From positions 35,838,001-35,902,000 of the forward strand of contig CM059432.1 of assembly GCA_030390025.1 (NCBI GenBank): a stretch of 64,000 nucleotides of DNA, written 5' to 3'. A program made the translations under genes and the position numbers. The notes beneath the pieces were generated by a model. It saw only the letters and a program-made list of their open reading frames with translations. It searched no databases and was not told the origin of the DNA. Positions 14,201 to 26,650 of the stretch are shown in pieces. The stretch's first letter is position 1. Each line of letters opens with the position of its first letter. The stretch is from Squalus acanthias. Lineage: Eukaryota.

Positions 14201-15412
14201 TTCAATCCCGTCAATTTCCCTAACACCATTTCCCTACAAATACTGATTTCATTCAAGGCAGCATTTGACCGAGTCTGGCATCAAGGAGCCCTAGTAAAAC
14301 TGAAGTCAATGGGAATCAGGGGGAAAACGCTCCACTGGCTGGAGTCATACCTAGCACAAAGGAAGATGGTTGTGGTGGTTGAAGGTCAATCATCACAGCC
14401 CCAGGACATCGCTGCAGGAGTTCCTCAGGGCAGTGTCCTAGGCCCAACCATCTTCAGCTGCTTCATCAATGACCTTCCCTCCAACATAAGGTCAGAAATG
14501 GGGATGTTCACTGATGACTGCACAGTGTTCAGCGCCATTCGCAACTCCACAGATAATGAAGCAGTTCATGCCCGCATTCAACAAGACCTGGACGATGTTC
14601 AGGCTTGGGCTGATAAGTGGCAGGTAACATTCGCGCCACAGAAGTGCCAGGCAATGACTATCTCCATCAAGCGAGAGTCTAAACACCTCCCCATGACATT
14701 CAATGGCATTACCATCGCCAAATCCCCCACTATCAACATCCTGGGGGTCACCATTGATCAGAAACTTAGCTGGACCAGCCACATAAATACTGTGGCAACA
14801 AGAGCAGGTCAGAGGCTAGGTATTCTGCGGCGAGTGTCTCACCTCCTGACTCCCCAAAGCCTTTCCACCATCTACAAGGCACAAGTTAGGAGTGTGATGG
14901 AATACTCTCCACTTGCCTGGATGAGTGCAGCTCCAACAACACTCAAGAAGCTCGACACTATCCAGGACAAAGCAGCCCGCTTGATTGGCACCCCATCCAC
15001 CACCTTAAACATTCACTCCCTCCACCACCGGCGTACCGTGGCTGCAGTGTGTACCATCTACAAGATGCACTGCAGCAACTCGCCAAGGCTTCTTCAGCAG
15101 CACCTCCCAAACCCGCGACCTCTTCCACCTAGAAGGACAAGGGCAGCAGGCGCATGGTAACACCACCACCTCCAAGTTCCCCTCCAAGTCACACACCATC
15201 CTGACTTAGAAGTATATCGCCGATCCTTCATCGTCGCTGGGTCAAAATCCTGGAACTCCCTACCTAACAGCACTATGGGAGTACCATCACCACACGGACT
15301 GCAGCGGTTCAAGAAGGCGGCTCACCACCACCTTCTCAAGGGCAACTAGGGATGAGCAATAAATGCTGGCATTGCCAGCGACGCCCTGATCCCATAAACA
15401 AATTTTAAAAAA
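11242..15412 (+). mobile_element. RTEX-like LINE, 5'-truncated, with 4-bp TSD agct
   Basis: VGDFNVHHQEW (APE), [22 protein letters not shown] and FTDDCTV motifs; A-rich tail; agct at 11238-11241 and 15413-15416. The clade name is assigned from motif memory. Confidence 0.85.
12611..14252 (-). mobile_element. CR1 LINE (5'-truncated) nested in the RTEX element
   Basis: Minus-strand ORFs 12703-13512, 13475-13699 and 13700-14104 encode CR1 RT. The host sequence gacatcaa|ggcagc (intact at ~34713) is split, with tcaa duplicated. Confidence 0.93.
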
Positions 15413-16774
15413 AGCTCAGGCAGTGGTTGGGTGTCGGCTTGTGCCCGCCTGTGTGCTCCTGCTCCCTCCTGTTGTGAGCCACCTTGGCCTGCAAGAGAAA
15501 GGAAAGTGTGTGAATGAGTGTGGAGCAATGTGTTTGGGTGATGTGCCTGTCATAGTTGAAAAGCTGTCATTGTGTGCAAGGTGTGAGGTGTGAGTGTTGG
15601 TAGGTAGAGATTGTTGGGTGAGTGCTGGGGGAGTGGTGCTTTGGGCAGTGTGTGAAAACTGTGGTTCAGATGGTAGTATGTAGCATTTGTTGAAGCATTG
15701 ACTCACCCGAGTGAAGTCGTTAAATTTCTTCCTGCACCGTGTGTGGGTCCTGAGGACCACAGTGCTGCCCGAGACGTGCTGGGCTACCTCCCTCCACGTG
15801 GTGCGGAAGACTTGCGGCGAGGACCTCCTGCCAGTTGCTGGGTGGAGCACCACCCTCCGTCTCTCCACAGCGAACACCAATGCTTCCAATGCTTGATCAC
15901 AGAATCTGCGGGCTCTCTCCCTGGGCGTGGATCTGCCATCAGTACAGCTGCTTGAGTTGTCCAGCTCCTTCTACTTGACCTGCTGCTGCTTGCTGAGGCA
16001 GCTGCACAGCCAGCAATGCTGAGAATGAGGTTCGGCAGCATCAATGAACCTCCCCTTTAAGAACTGGAAAAAGCCTGTGGCAATGATGACCTGCGATTAG
16101 ACTGCACCTGATATTGGTCCACCCTTTGAGTGTAACGCCAATGAGCTTGGGCTTTAAGGCTTGAATTAGCGCCCCAATCATTTCTTTGTGCAGTGAGACT
16201 TCATTTTGCGTGCAGTCGAAAGCATTAGCGCCTGGCGCTAATTCTCAAACATTTCTAAAGATACCACCCATTCCTGGGCTATAATGAATTTCTAGCCCAC
16301 ACTCCTTGAACTGACCAAGAACAGATGAGGTTCACATACCAGAGTTGGGTACATGCCCAGATCCCATCACTTTAATGCATTAAAAGGGGTAGAACCCCAG
16401 TGCCTGTGCATTATACATGGCCAATCATCCCTAGTATGGTATAGTACGCCCAAACTAAACTGAGTTCACACAAGCATACCTCTCAGTGGGCAATAGCACA
16501 AACACACCAGCTCTAGTCCTGTTTCTTGATGCGGGAAAGGCTTTCAGTTCGTAGAGAGGAGCTACTACTTTTTTTGTTCAATTTGTTCTCGGGCAACACT
16601 GTCAAAGCAGCATTTATTTGCCCATCCCTAGCTGCCTCTGAGGGCATTGAGAGTTAACCATGTAATATGCGACTGGAGTCACATGTAGACCAGCCTAGGT
16701 AGAGGTGTCATGTTCCCTTCCCTGAAAGACATTAGTGACCCAGTTGGGTTTTTTAGTGAAAATCCAGCAGCTTT

Positions 16775-17323
16775 GAATCATAGAATGGTTACAGCACAGA
16801 AGGAGGCCATTTGGCCTGTCGAGCCCGTGCCGGCTCTCTGCAAGAGCACTTCAGCTAGTCCCACTCCCCTGCTCTTTCCCCGTAGCCCTGCAATTTTTTT
16901 TCCTTCAGGTACTTATCCAATTCCTTTTTGAAAGCCACGATTAAGTCTGCCTCCACCACCCTTTCAGGCAGTGCATTCCAAATCCTAACCACTCGCTGCA
17001 TAAAAAAGTTTTGCTGATGTCGCCTTTCGTTCTTCTGCCAATCACCTTAAATTTGTATCCTCTGGTTCTCGACCCTTCTGCCAATGGGAACAGTTTTTCT
17101 CTATCTACTCAGTCTGGACCCCTCATGATTTTGAACACCTCTATCAAATCTCCTCTCAACCTTCTCTGCTCTAAGGAGAACAACCCCAGCTTCTCCAGTC
17201 TATCCACATAACTGAAGTCCCTTATCCCTGGAACCATTCTTGTAAATCTTTTCTGCACCCTCTCTAAGGCCTTCACATCCTTCTTAAAATGTGGTGCCCA
17301 GAATTGGACGCAATACTCCAGTT
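16775..17323 (-). mobile_element. CR1 3' fragment inserted in a tRNA-headed SINE
   Basis: [29 protein letters not shown] and the CR1 tail. SINE halves lie at ~16570-16770 and ~17350-17425. Confidence 0.8.
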
Positions 17324-18083
17324 GATGGGGGGGGAGGGGTGGTTTTGGTGCTAATTTGCCATGGTGTGAGCTCATGGCCTCTGGGTTGCTAGTCCAGTAC
17401 CATAACCACTACATTAACATACCAACCCCTCCACCTTGTTGCTCTTCTCTGCACTCGTGTAGTATACCAACCAAAAATGTATGCAGTATTCCAAGTGTGG
17501 TCTGACCCTGCACTATAAGCCTCAGCATAACCTCAGTACTCGGTTCTTATATCCTCACTGATTTCCACCAGTAATGAGGGACCAGGTAGGGATACCTTAG
17601 AGATACTGAGGGTAGCCAGGAAGGGAATAGAAATAGCTTCTACGACAAGGAGACACAAGAATGGTGATGGCTGGAACAGTGAATGTCTCAGCCCCCAAGA
17701 GGAAGCAGGTTAGTAATACATTTTTTAAATCTCAACCAGATGCTAAAATTGGCCTCAGTGCCCCTGGATTAGGGAGGGGGAAATTATCCAGGGTTCACGA
17801 TTCTAATCATTCCCCAGTGACTTGACACTGTAAGTGTTTCTGTGTTTGGGCATAGGGTGAGGGCGGGATTCGGTTCATCTGTGATGCCCCTACATTCAAA
17901 ACGCTGTTGACGCTCACTGTCTCAGCTCACAAATAAACAACGGCTACTTCAGCACAAAGGGAGGCTGGTGCAAGAGGAGCCATTCCCCCAGCAAATTGTC
18001 AGAAATTTCAGAAAGGAGGAGAGAAAATTGGCAGAAATATATAAATAGTGATTTATTTTATTATTTGTTTCTTTCCCATATAG

Positions 18084-18196
18084 AGTTTGATATTTGGTAC
18101 AATGAGTCTTTTCTCATTTCTGATGATGTTCGACTTGCACCACAAGTAGATAGCATCCGACCAGGGTTGCTCCCCTACTCCAGAATGGTATCTCTG
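18084..18196 (+). CDS. KIF9: KIF9 exon (113 bp)
   Basis: catatag|ag...tctctg|gtaagt. Encodes EFDIWYNESFLISDDVRLAPQVDSIRPGLLPYSRMVSL, matching KIF9 'EFDIWYNESFVIPED...SIRPGMVPVNRIVSL'. Confidence 0.95.
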
Positions 18197-18339
18197 GTAA
18201 GTTTCACAGGATTCCTTGCAACACAGATCTGCCTCCTCCTAATCTTGTTATAGTGTTAGCTTGGCCCACCAAGAAACATGGCCATTCGGCCCATCAAGTC
18301 AGTGCTGATGTTTTTCTCCACATGAGCCCCCTAGTCCAA

Positions 18340-18822
18340 ACCCCATATCCTGCTCAATACCCTTCAATACTCCATCTATTATAATCCCATTCTCCTGCTT
18401 GCCCCCCCATATCCTTTAATACCCCACCCAGTCTAACCACACACTCCTGCTCACTCCACTCCCCATACCCTTTAATATCCCACCGAATTTAATCCCGCTC
18501 TCCTGCTCACTCCCCACACTCTTTAATATCCTACGTCTAATCTAGACTCCTGCTCACTCCCCATACCCTTTAATAACCCACCAAGTCTAATCCCACTCAC
18601 CTGTTTACTCCTCATATACTTTAATATCCCACCTAATCTAATCCCACTCTCCTGCTCAATCCCCATACGCTTTAATATCTCACCTAGTCTAATCGCACTC
18701 TTGCTCACTCACCATATCCTTTACTATTCCACCTAATCTAACCTCCCACTCCTGCTCGCTTCCCGTATCCTTTAATATTCTACCCAGTCTAATCCCACTC
18801 TCCTGTTGATTCCCCATACCCT
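18340..18822. repeat. Degenerate ~51-bp minisatellite, about 9 units
   Basis: Unit approximately ccatatcctttaatatcccacctagtctaatcccactctcctgctcactcc. The 'tttaat'-like anchor recurs at 18471, 18522, 18569, 18620, 18671, 18720 and 18771. Confidence 0.85.
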
Positions 18823-18834
18823 TGAAAGTTGCAT

Positions 18835-19690
18835 GATGATGGAATACTTTGTGCGTTGTAGAAGTTGTGAGATGTTTTCCTTCCAGGTCCAGGGCTTCTT
18901 CTGCAACAACTGCAAGCTAGTTGATACAGTCAAGGATGAAGTGGTCAGGCTTAGTGAGCAACTGGCCACACATCACAATATCAGAGAGGGAGAAGTTTTT
19001 AGAGACCCTGGTACCTAGAGGAAGAGGGTGGATCTCTGTTAGAAAGAGGACCAGAAGTCGTGGTCAGGTAGTGGGAAAGGAGCATTCATCCTTATTGCTC
19101 TCCAACGGTTTCTCTCCTCTGGAGATAGATGACATGGAGACTCAACGGTTGGTTGCGACAGGCAAGGAGGTGCCATGCACAAGGGCGATCCAGCAGCCTG
19201 TCAGGGAAGGAGGGAAAATGAGAAAGTTGTGGTATTGGGGATTTACAGATAGAATTCTGTGCAAACTGGACCCAGAACAACGAATGGTTTGTTGCCTTCC
19301 TGGTGCACGGGTCAAGCATCTTATGCCCCAGGTTGACAGAATACTCAAGAAAGCAGATGAGAAACCAATTGTTGTCGTCCATATGGGAAGAAATAACATG
19401 GGTAGAAGTAGACCATAGGGCATTAGGAAGGAAGTTTAAGGGATGGACTTCAAGTGTAGTAATTTCTAAAATACTATCCATGCTAGTGAAGAGAGACAGA
19501 GGGTGATTAGGCACCAATGTGTGGTTAAGACTTTGGTATAAGGAATCAGAAGTTTGATTCCTCGAACAGTGGAGCACCTTTTGGAATAGAGGGAGCCTAT
19601 ACAGACCAGATGGGATCCACCTAAACAAAAGTGGGATAGCGGCCATGGCAGGCCAGAGAGATAGGATGGTGGGGGAGTGTTTAAATTAAA
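18835..19690 (+). mobile_element. Decayed CR1 ORF1 (Cys-finger + SGNH esterase) remnant
   Basis: VRCRSCEMF...FCNNCKLV, LLLSNGFSPL and RMVCCLPGARVK...PIVVVHMGRNN align with the intact ORF1 at 42182-43138. Confidence 0.8.
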
Positions 19691-20026
19691 TATGGCGATT
19701 GGTTGCAGTAGGTGTAAGAAAACACCCATATCGACTGGAGCAAACCTTAAGGTGTACCAGTGAAAACAAAAATCAATGTTTAATAAATCCAATTCTAAGG
19801 GTGGGAGAAAAACAAAGGAAAATAATAATAAAGCAAATGGGAAATGTAAAAAAAAAAATGGTATTGTGCTTGCACTAATGCAAGTAGCCTACCACCAGCC
19901 GGGGAAAAGGATCCCATTCCCCAGCACAATCCAGTGCTTTGGGAGTGGAGAACGATAGTGTGGGGGTGCGGGGGGTGGAGGGCAAACTGCCCGGTCTGAA
20001 ATACTCTGTGCCTCCCGTCCACCTAG

Positions 20027-20131
20027 GAAGAAGATGATAAGGAGAAGTTCCAACGCATCCAGAATGAAATCCTGATGGAGAATCCGGGCTCAGTCTCATT
20101 TTACAAAGCGCGGATGAAGCTGGAACAGCGG
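20027..20131 (+). CDS. KIF9: KIF9 penultimate coding exon (105 bp)
   Basis: cacctag|gaa...cagcgg|gtaggt. Encodes EEDDKEKFQRIQNEILMENPGSVSFYKARMKLEQR, matching KIF9 'GEDDQDKFSQLQQRVLPEGPDSISFYNAKVKIEQK'. Phase 0 at both ends. Confidence 0.93.
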
Positions 20132-20479
20132 GTAGGTGAAGAGCTGGATAGACAATCGGATCAGATTGGGAAGAGCTCAGTAAGAAGAAAAAACATCATC
20201 GTGGTTGGGGGGCGGGTGGGAGGAGGAAGGGGAGATGTGAGAGAGAAAATTAATTTTTTATTCCGTACCCTAAACATGTGGACATGTGGTCTGAGTGTAG
20301 CTGACTGGCACAAGTTCAAAGACTGAGCATATAAAAATGGCGTCGTAACTTTGCAGGTTGGTGATGCTCCACGTGGTCGTCACGTAGAATCTCAGCACCA
20401 CTGGCATTGCGCCTTTTTGTTTTTCCCCAACTAAAGGTTCTTTACTCTTCGTATCAGACAAGAAAAACTACGAAAAATT

Positions 20480-23326
20480 CAAAAATGGGTTTAGAATGCA
20501 TGTACGTTAACGCACAAAGTGTGGTGAATAAGGTTGGTGAGCTACAAGCACAATTAGCCATGTGGAAATATGATGTGGCAATAACGGAAACGTGCCTTAA
20601 AAACGGTGAGGACTGGGCACTTAATATTCAAGGGTACAGGGTGTTCAGAAAATATAAGGAAGGAAAAAAGGGAGGTGGGGTGGCAGTGCTGATTAAGGAA
20701 GACATTGTAGTGTTGGAAAGGGATGATGTTCTTGAGGGGACAAGGACAGAATCTATTTGGTTAGAGTTGAGGAGCAAAAAGGGTATGATCACACTATTGG
20801 GGGTATTCTGCAGGCCTCCAAATAGTGGGAGGGAGGTAGAGGAGCAAATCTGCAGGGAAATCAGAGATATGCAAGAGCTATAGAGTGGTGATATTGGGGG
20901 ACTTTAATTACCTAAATATCGATTGGGATAATGCTTGGGTAAAGGGAAAGGAGGGGGAGGAATTTCTGAAATGTGTTCAAGAGAATTTCCTTGACCAGTA
21001 TGTTCTTGGCCCAACTAGGAAGGAGGCATTGCTGGATCTGGTGCTGGGGAATGAGATGGGCCAGGTCGACCAAGTGTCTGTGGGAGAACACTTGGGTACG
21101 AGTGATCATCATATCATAAGATTTAGATTAGCAATGGAGAGGAGCAAGGAACAATCTAGAGTGGAACTTCTAAACTGGAATAGGGCTAACTTCAATGGGA
21201 TGCGAAAGGGTCTAGCCAGGGTAAAATGGAACCAAAGACTGACAGGAAAAACTAACGGAACAATGGGTGATCTTTAAGGAGGAGATGTTCCAAGTACAGG
21301 CTAGGTACATTCCAACAAGAGAAAAGGGTAAGGGAACCAAAACAAGGGTTCCTTGGATGACGAGGGAGATAGAGAAGATGATGAAACAAAAAAAGAGGGT
21401 GCATGATACATGTCAGGTGAATTCTTCAAGGGAGAACCAGACCAAATACAATAAGTTGAGAGGGGAAGTGAAGATGAAAATAAGATTGGCAAAGAGAGAA
21501 TATGAGAGTAGAGTGGCGGTTAACATAAAAGGGAACCCAAAAATCTTCTACCGGCATGTAAACAGAAAGCGGGTAGTAAGAGCGGGGTGGGGCCTTTTAG
21601 GGACAAAGAAGGTCATATATGCTTAGAGGCGCAGGACAAGGCTAGAATACTCAATGAGTACTTTGTATTGGTGCTTACTAAGGAGGTGGATGCTGACAAA
21701 ATATCGGTAGAAGTGGAAAAGGTAGAAGCAATGGAAGGGGTGAAAATTGATAGACAGGATGTACTAGAAAGGCTGGGTATGCTTGGAGTGGATAAGTCGC
21801 CTGGTCCAGATGGCTTGCATTCCAGGTTGCTAAGGGAATTGGGGGAGGAGATAGCAGAAGGGCTTGCCATAATTTTCCAATCTTCCCTAGATGCGAGGGA
21901 GATGCCTGAGGATTGGAAAGTGGCAAATGTGACACCATTGTTCAAGAAAGGGTGTAAGGACAATCCTAGTAACTACAGGCCGGTCAGTTTAACATCAGTG
22001 GTGGGTAAAGTTTTAGAAACAATAATCAAGGAAAAAATTAACGGGCACTTGGAGAAGTTTCAGCTAATTGAGAGCCAACATGGATTTGTAAAAGGCAGAT
22101 TGTGTTTGACTAATCTACTTGAATAACAGGGAGGATTGATGAAGGGAATGCAATGGATGTTGTCTACATGGATTTTAGGAAGGCGTTTGACAAAGTACCA
22201 TGTAGAAGGCTGGTTAACAAAATTGAGGCTCATAGAATAGGTGGGTCAGTGGCAGCTTGGATAAGGAATTGGCTTAAGGACAGAAACAGCGAGTTGTGGT
22301 AAATGGCTGTTTTTCAGACTGGAGGATGGTAGACAGTGGTGTTACCCAAGGGTCAGTGCTGGGGCCACTGCTTTTTTTGATATATATAAATGACCTGGAT
22401 ATTGGAGTACAGAGTAAAATTTTCTAAATTTGCCAATGACACCAAACTTGGGGGTGTGGCAAACAGTGAGGATGATACTAATCGACTGCAACAGGACATA
22501 GAAAGGCTAGCAGAATGGGCAGACAAGTGGCAGATGGAATTTAATACAGAGAAGTGTGAGGTGGTGCATTTTGGCAGAAGGAACAGGGAGAGGCAATATA
22601 CACAGTTTTAAAGAGTGTGCAGGGACAGAGGGACCTGGGAGTTAATGTGCATAGGTCCCTGAAGGTGGTGGGACATATTGAGAGAGTGGTTAACAAAGCA
22701 TGTGGGATCTTGGGCTTCATAAATAGAAGTATTGTGTACAAAAGTAGAGAAGTTATGCTGAATCTTTATAAAGCGCTGGTTAGGCCACAATTGGAGTATT
22801 GCGTCCAGTTCTGGTTACCACACTTTAGGAAGGATGTGAAGGCCCTTGAGAGGGTGCAGAGGAGATTTACCAGAATGGTTCCGGGGATGGGGGATCTTAG
22901 CTACAAGGACAGGTTGGAGAAGCTGGATTTGTTTTCATTAGAGCAAAGGCGGTTGCAGGGTGATTTGATAGAGGTGTACAAGATTATGACGGGTTTGGAT
23001 AGGCTAGACGGGGAAAGGCTGTTCCCACTAGTTGATGGTACAAGGACTAGGGGACACAGATTTAAGGTTTTGGGCAAGAGATACCGGGTGGGATCTGAGG
23101 AAAAAACTTTTTTACGCAGCAAGTGGTGAGGACCTGGAAGTGGTGGAAGCGGAGACACTCAATGTTTTCAAGGGGAGACTGGAAAGGCACTTGAGGGAAA
23201 TAAACTTGCAGGGCTACGGGGATAGAGCGGGGGAATGGGACTGACTGGATTGCTCTACAGAGAGCCGGCACAGACTCGATGGGCTGAATGGCCTCCTTCT
23301 GTGCCGTTCTGACTCTATGACTCTGT
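20480..23326 (+). mobile_element. CR1 LINE, near-complete ORF2, decayed
   Basis: LECMYVNAQSV (APE start), GDFN, KSPGPDG, NYRPVSLTSVVGK and FANDTKLGG motifs plus C-terminus and tail; many frameshifts. Confidence 0.92.
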
Positions 23327-23611
23327 GAAATCGTCGCCAAACTTAGGAATGCGGTCTCCAGCTTTTCTGCACGATATTTTTGTTCCTCGTTCAGGTTTCC
23401 CAGGCGTGTAGGATGTTCACACTAGTCATTTCATATGGGTAGCAACTAGCAAGCTTCCAGAACATGCCATTTAAGAGAACACTAAGAGGAAATGTAACAT
23501 AGGTTTTTAAAATTTTGGAGACCGGGTAATTAAGGAAAGACCATTTCTCAGGTTGGAGAATCAGTGACAAGGGGGTCATCAATTTAAAATTGTCACAAAG
23601 AGAGTTTTTTC

Positions 23612-23997
23612 TTTTAATTTATTCTCAGTATGTAGGTGTCGCTGGCCAGGCTGGCTTTTATTTCCCATCCCTAGTTGCCCGTTGGAAGGTGGTGATATAA
23701 CTTCAGAGGGCAGTTAAGAGTCCATCACATTGTTGTGAGACTGGAGTCACATATAGGCCAGACCGGGTAAGAACAGCAGGTTTCCTTCCCTAAAGGACAT
23801 TAGTGAAACAGTTGGGTTTTTGCAACAACTTCATGGTCATTTTTACTGATAACAGCTTTTTATTTCCATCTTTTTTTCTTTAAATTGAATTCAAATTCTC
23901 AAGCTGCCAGGGTGGGATTTCAATTTATGTTCTCTGGATTATTAATCCAGGCCTCTGGTTACTGGTCCAGTAACATAACAACTACTTTACCATACCC
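23612..23997 (-). mobile_element. tRNA-headed SINE with RTEX-type tail
   Basis: Reverse complement is collinear with 60281-60684. Confidence 0.75.
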
Positions 23998-24406
23998 ATA
24001 TCTAGTGTGCAATGCTTTGCCACAGGGATTGGTTGAAACAGAAACCATTGTATCTTTTAAGGGAAAATTTGATAAATAATTCAAGCAAAGGAAGATACAG
24101 GGCAATGGGGTAAAAGTGAGGAGCAGAAAGATTAATTTTAAACTTATCTAGGAGTTGGAACAGGCACTATCTGGAGCAGAGCAGTCTGCTTGACCGGCAC
24201 CCCTGTCCCTGAATTCAATATTCATCCACTCCACTGCTGGCGCGCTGTGGCTGGAGTGCTGTCTGTGGGATACACTGCAACGCCTCGCCAAGCCAACCTT
24301 GGGGGCTCCTCCCAAGCCCACATCCTACAGCACGGAGAATAACAAGGGAGCACCATTACCTGGAAATTTCCCTCCACGACATGCACCATTCTCCACTAGA
24401 CACATA

Positions 24407-25285
24407 GAGGGAAAAATTTGGTTGCTTTGCGCCTCCTGTTAGCGCCCTAAGAGGGCGCTAATGGGGCGCAAAGCAACTAGCGCCCGGGCGCGGCGATGTT
24501 TGCGCCGCTCGCGAAATTGACCAGAGTTTTTGCGGCGGCACTAAACACTACTACCACGATCTCCTGTGCCCGCAAATCGTGACGTCAGTCGAGCATGTAG
24601 AGCCCCGGACATTGAGTGGCGCCCCCTGCCTTACCGCCTGCTGCTAGCAACGACAGGTTGAGGGGAGCGTTTTGCAGTCGGGAAGGGACTGGGAGGGCGC
24701 TATTTAAAGGCGACCGTTTCCTGCCTTTTTTTGTCGGCGACATTTTTGCACCACGCATTCTGAGAGAGAGAGAGAGAGAGACTTCTGGAGAGATTCAACG
24801 CTGTGTGAAGGAGTTTTGGGTACTGAGCAGCACTTTGCAGGTTCATTTTGATTTGACCTTCCTTGCATCGATTTAGAAGAGACTATGTGGGCTGCACTCT
24901 GAGCTCTTTCCCTGGGCCTCTCCATTGTTCTTTCCAGCAGATTTGATGTACAGGTCTCTCCAGGCTGAGATTCAAGGCTGCAATGAGCAGGCTGTGGATG
25001 GAGAGCAAGATCGACCCTCCCCTTTAAGAACTGGCCGGTGCCAGTGTGTTTGTGTTCATTGCTGACTGACATCACATGAGCTTCGCCAGCGCTCTGAGGT
25101 AGCGCCTCGCTCCTCGGCGTTAGCGCCTTAAGAGAGGTGTGTAGCACCTGATTTAGCGCTTCAATCGCCTCCAGGGGCGATAGAAGCCAAGTTTGCAGTC
25201 GGAGGTGATAATTAGCGCCAGGCGCTAAACATTGCGCCCGGCCAATAATTGCGCCCCAAAAGGGGCAATACCGAATTTCTCCCCC
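24407..25285 (+). mobile_element. Non-autonomous Harbinger deletion derivative
   Basis: Terminal inverted repeats gagggaaaaattt / gaatttctccccc; 3-bp TSD ata (24404-24406, 25286-25288); subterminal agcgcc motifs shared with 8201-16298. Retains a Myb-gene-like start (MERPRERA, minus strand). Confidence 0.85.
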
Positions 25286-25289
25286 ATAA

Positions 25290-25765
25290 TCTACTGCCTA
25301 TATCCTAACTTGCACCAAGTCCCGCTAACCCGTCAGCCCTGTGCTCACTGACCTATATTGGCTCCCAGTCCCTATACACTCAATTTTTAAATTCTCACCC
25401 TCATGTTTAAATCTCTCCATGGCCTCGCCCCTCCCTATCTCTGTAACCTCCTCCAACCCTACAACTGTCCAAGAACTCTGTGTTCCTCCAACTCTGGCCT
25501 CTTGTGCATCCCCCACTTGCTTCCCCCACCATTGGCCTTCAGATGTCTTGGCCCCAAGCTCTTGAATCCTCTTCCTAAACCCCTTCACCTCTCCACCTCT
25601 CTCCCTCCTCCTTTAATACCCTCCTTAAAACCTACCTCTTTGACCAAGCTTTTGGTCATCTGTCCTAATATCTCCTCCTTTGGCTCGGTGCCATTTTTTT
25701 TCTGATTTAAGCCCCTTGGGACGTTTTACTATGTTAAAGGCACTATCTAAATGGAAGTTGTTCTT
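25290..25765 (+). mobile_element. L2 LINE 3' fragment
   Basis: Collinear with the L2 3' end at 37770-38250 (LTDLYWLPV...FKSLHGLAPPYLCNLLQP). Confidence 0.8.
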
Positions 25766-26261
25766 CATCATTGCTGGAATTCCCTAGAGCATCACCACCT
25801 GCAACAGTTCAAGACCACCTATTCAGAGCAGCTAGGGACGGGCAATGACTGCGGGCTTGCCAGAGTTGTCCACATCCTGGGAATCTTTTTTTTTTTTAAA
25901 AGCCCACGCGCACTTGCTGTCAAGGCTCACTTGGTGGATGACCACTGACCCATGTACAAACGTATCAGAGTTAGCTGATCTCGGGCATGGTGGATATGGG
26001 AGCATACCCTTGAGTTGGGGAGGGAGAAAGCCAGCTGGGGTTTCTACTCCTGATCGCTATTCAGTAACCAGTGTTGTCCTTGAGTGAGGACAAGACTGGA
26101 CTTGGCACTCCATAGTTGAATTGCCTTCTAACATTGACAGTAGACTGGTGACTAGCATGACATACGAGAGGGCAGCCAAACTCTTATCCAAAAAGCTTCA
26201 GGACCTTTAGGAAAGAAGAGCAGGGAAAAGTGTGAGATTGAGAGACTTTCATTTCAGAACA

Positions 26262-26650
26262 GGTAGCACTTTTATTCATAAGGTTGTGGGTTCATGTCTC
26301 ATTCCAGGGACTTGAGCACATCATGAGGGAGTACTGCACTGTTGAAGGTGCCATCTTTCAGATGAGACGTTCAACTGAGGCTCCATTTGCCGCCTTGTAT
26401 GGACATATTCGAACAAGAGCAGGAGAGTTCTCCCCAGCGTCCTGGCCAATATTTATCCCTCAACCAACAACACTAAAAAACAGATTATCTGGTTATTATC
26501 TCATTGCTGTTTGTGGGACCTTGCTGTGCGCAAATTGGCTGCCGCGTTTCCTACATTACAACAGTGACTACACTTCAAAAGTACTTAATTGGCTGTAAAG
26601 CACTTTGGGATGTCCTGAGCTGTGAAAGACAAGTCTTTCTTTTCTTTTTC
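26262..26650 (+). mobile_element. DeuSINE/SacSINE1-like SINE
   Basis: Same body and tail as 202-515 and 54167-54470. Confidence 0.7.

Larger units (their letters stand above)
9930..15939 (-). pseudogene. Harbinger Myb/SANT-like DNA-binding partner gene (spliced, disrupted by RTEX insertion)
   Basis: ALEALVFAVERRRVVLHP...TWREVAQHVS...RTHTRCRKKFNDF at 15700-15939. 'TQPLPE|LEERVLQIIG' is rejoined across the 11242-15412 insertion. Low-complexity/coiled-coil-like C-terminal region at ~9930-11000. Confidence 0.8.
8201..16298 (+). mobile_element. PIF/Harbinger DNA transposon, formerly autonomous and now decayed, with nested LINEs
   Basis: Imperfect terminal inverted repeats ggtggaaaaattc / gaatttctagccc. 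Convergent DDE-nuclease and Myb/SANT-like genes. The flanking trinucleotides (tta / aca) do not match, so the ends are approximate. Confidence 0.85.

Noticed and set aside
14078..15160. 360-aa ORF as a novel gene
   Set aside because: A chimera of antisense CR1 sequence and the RTEX RT C-terminal half.
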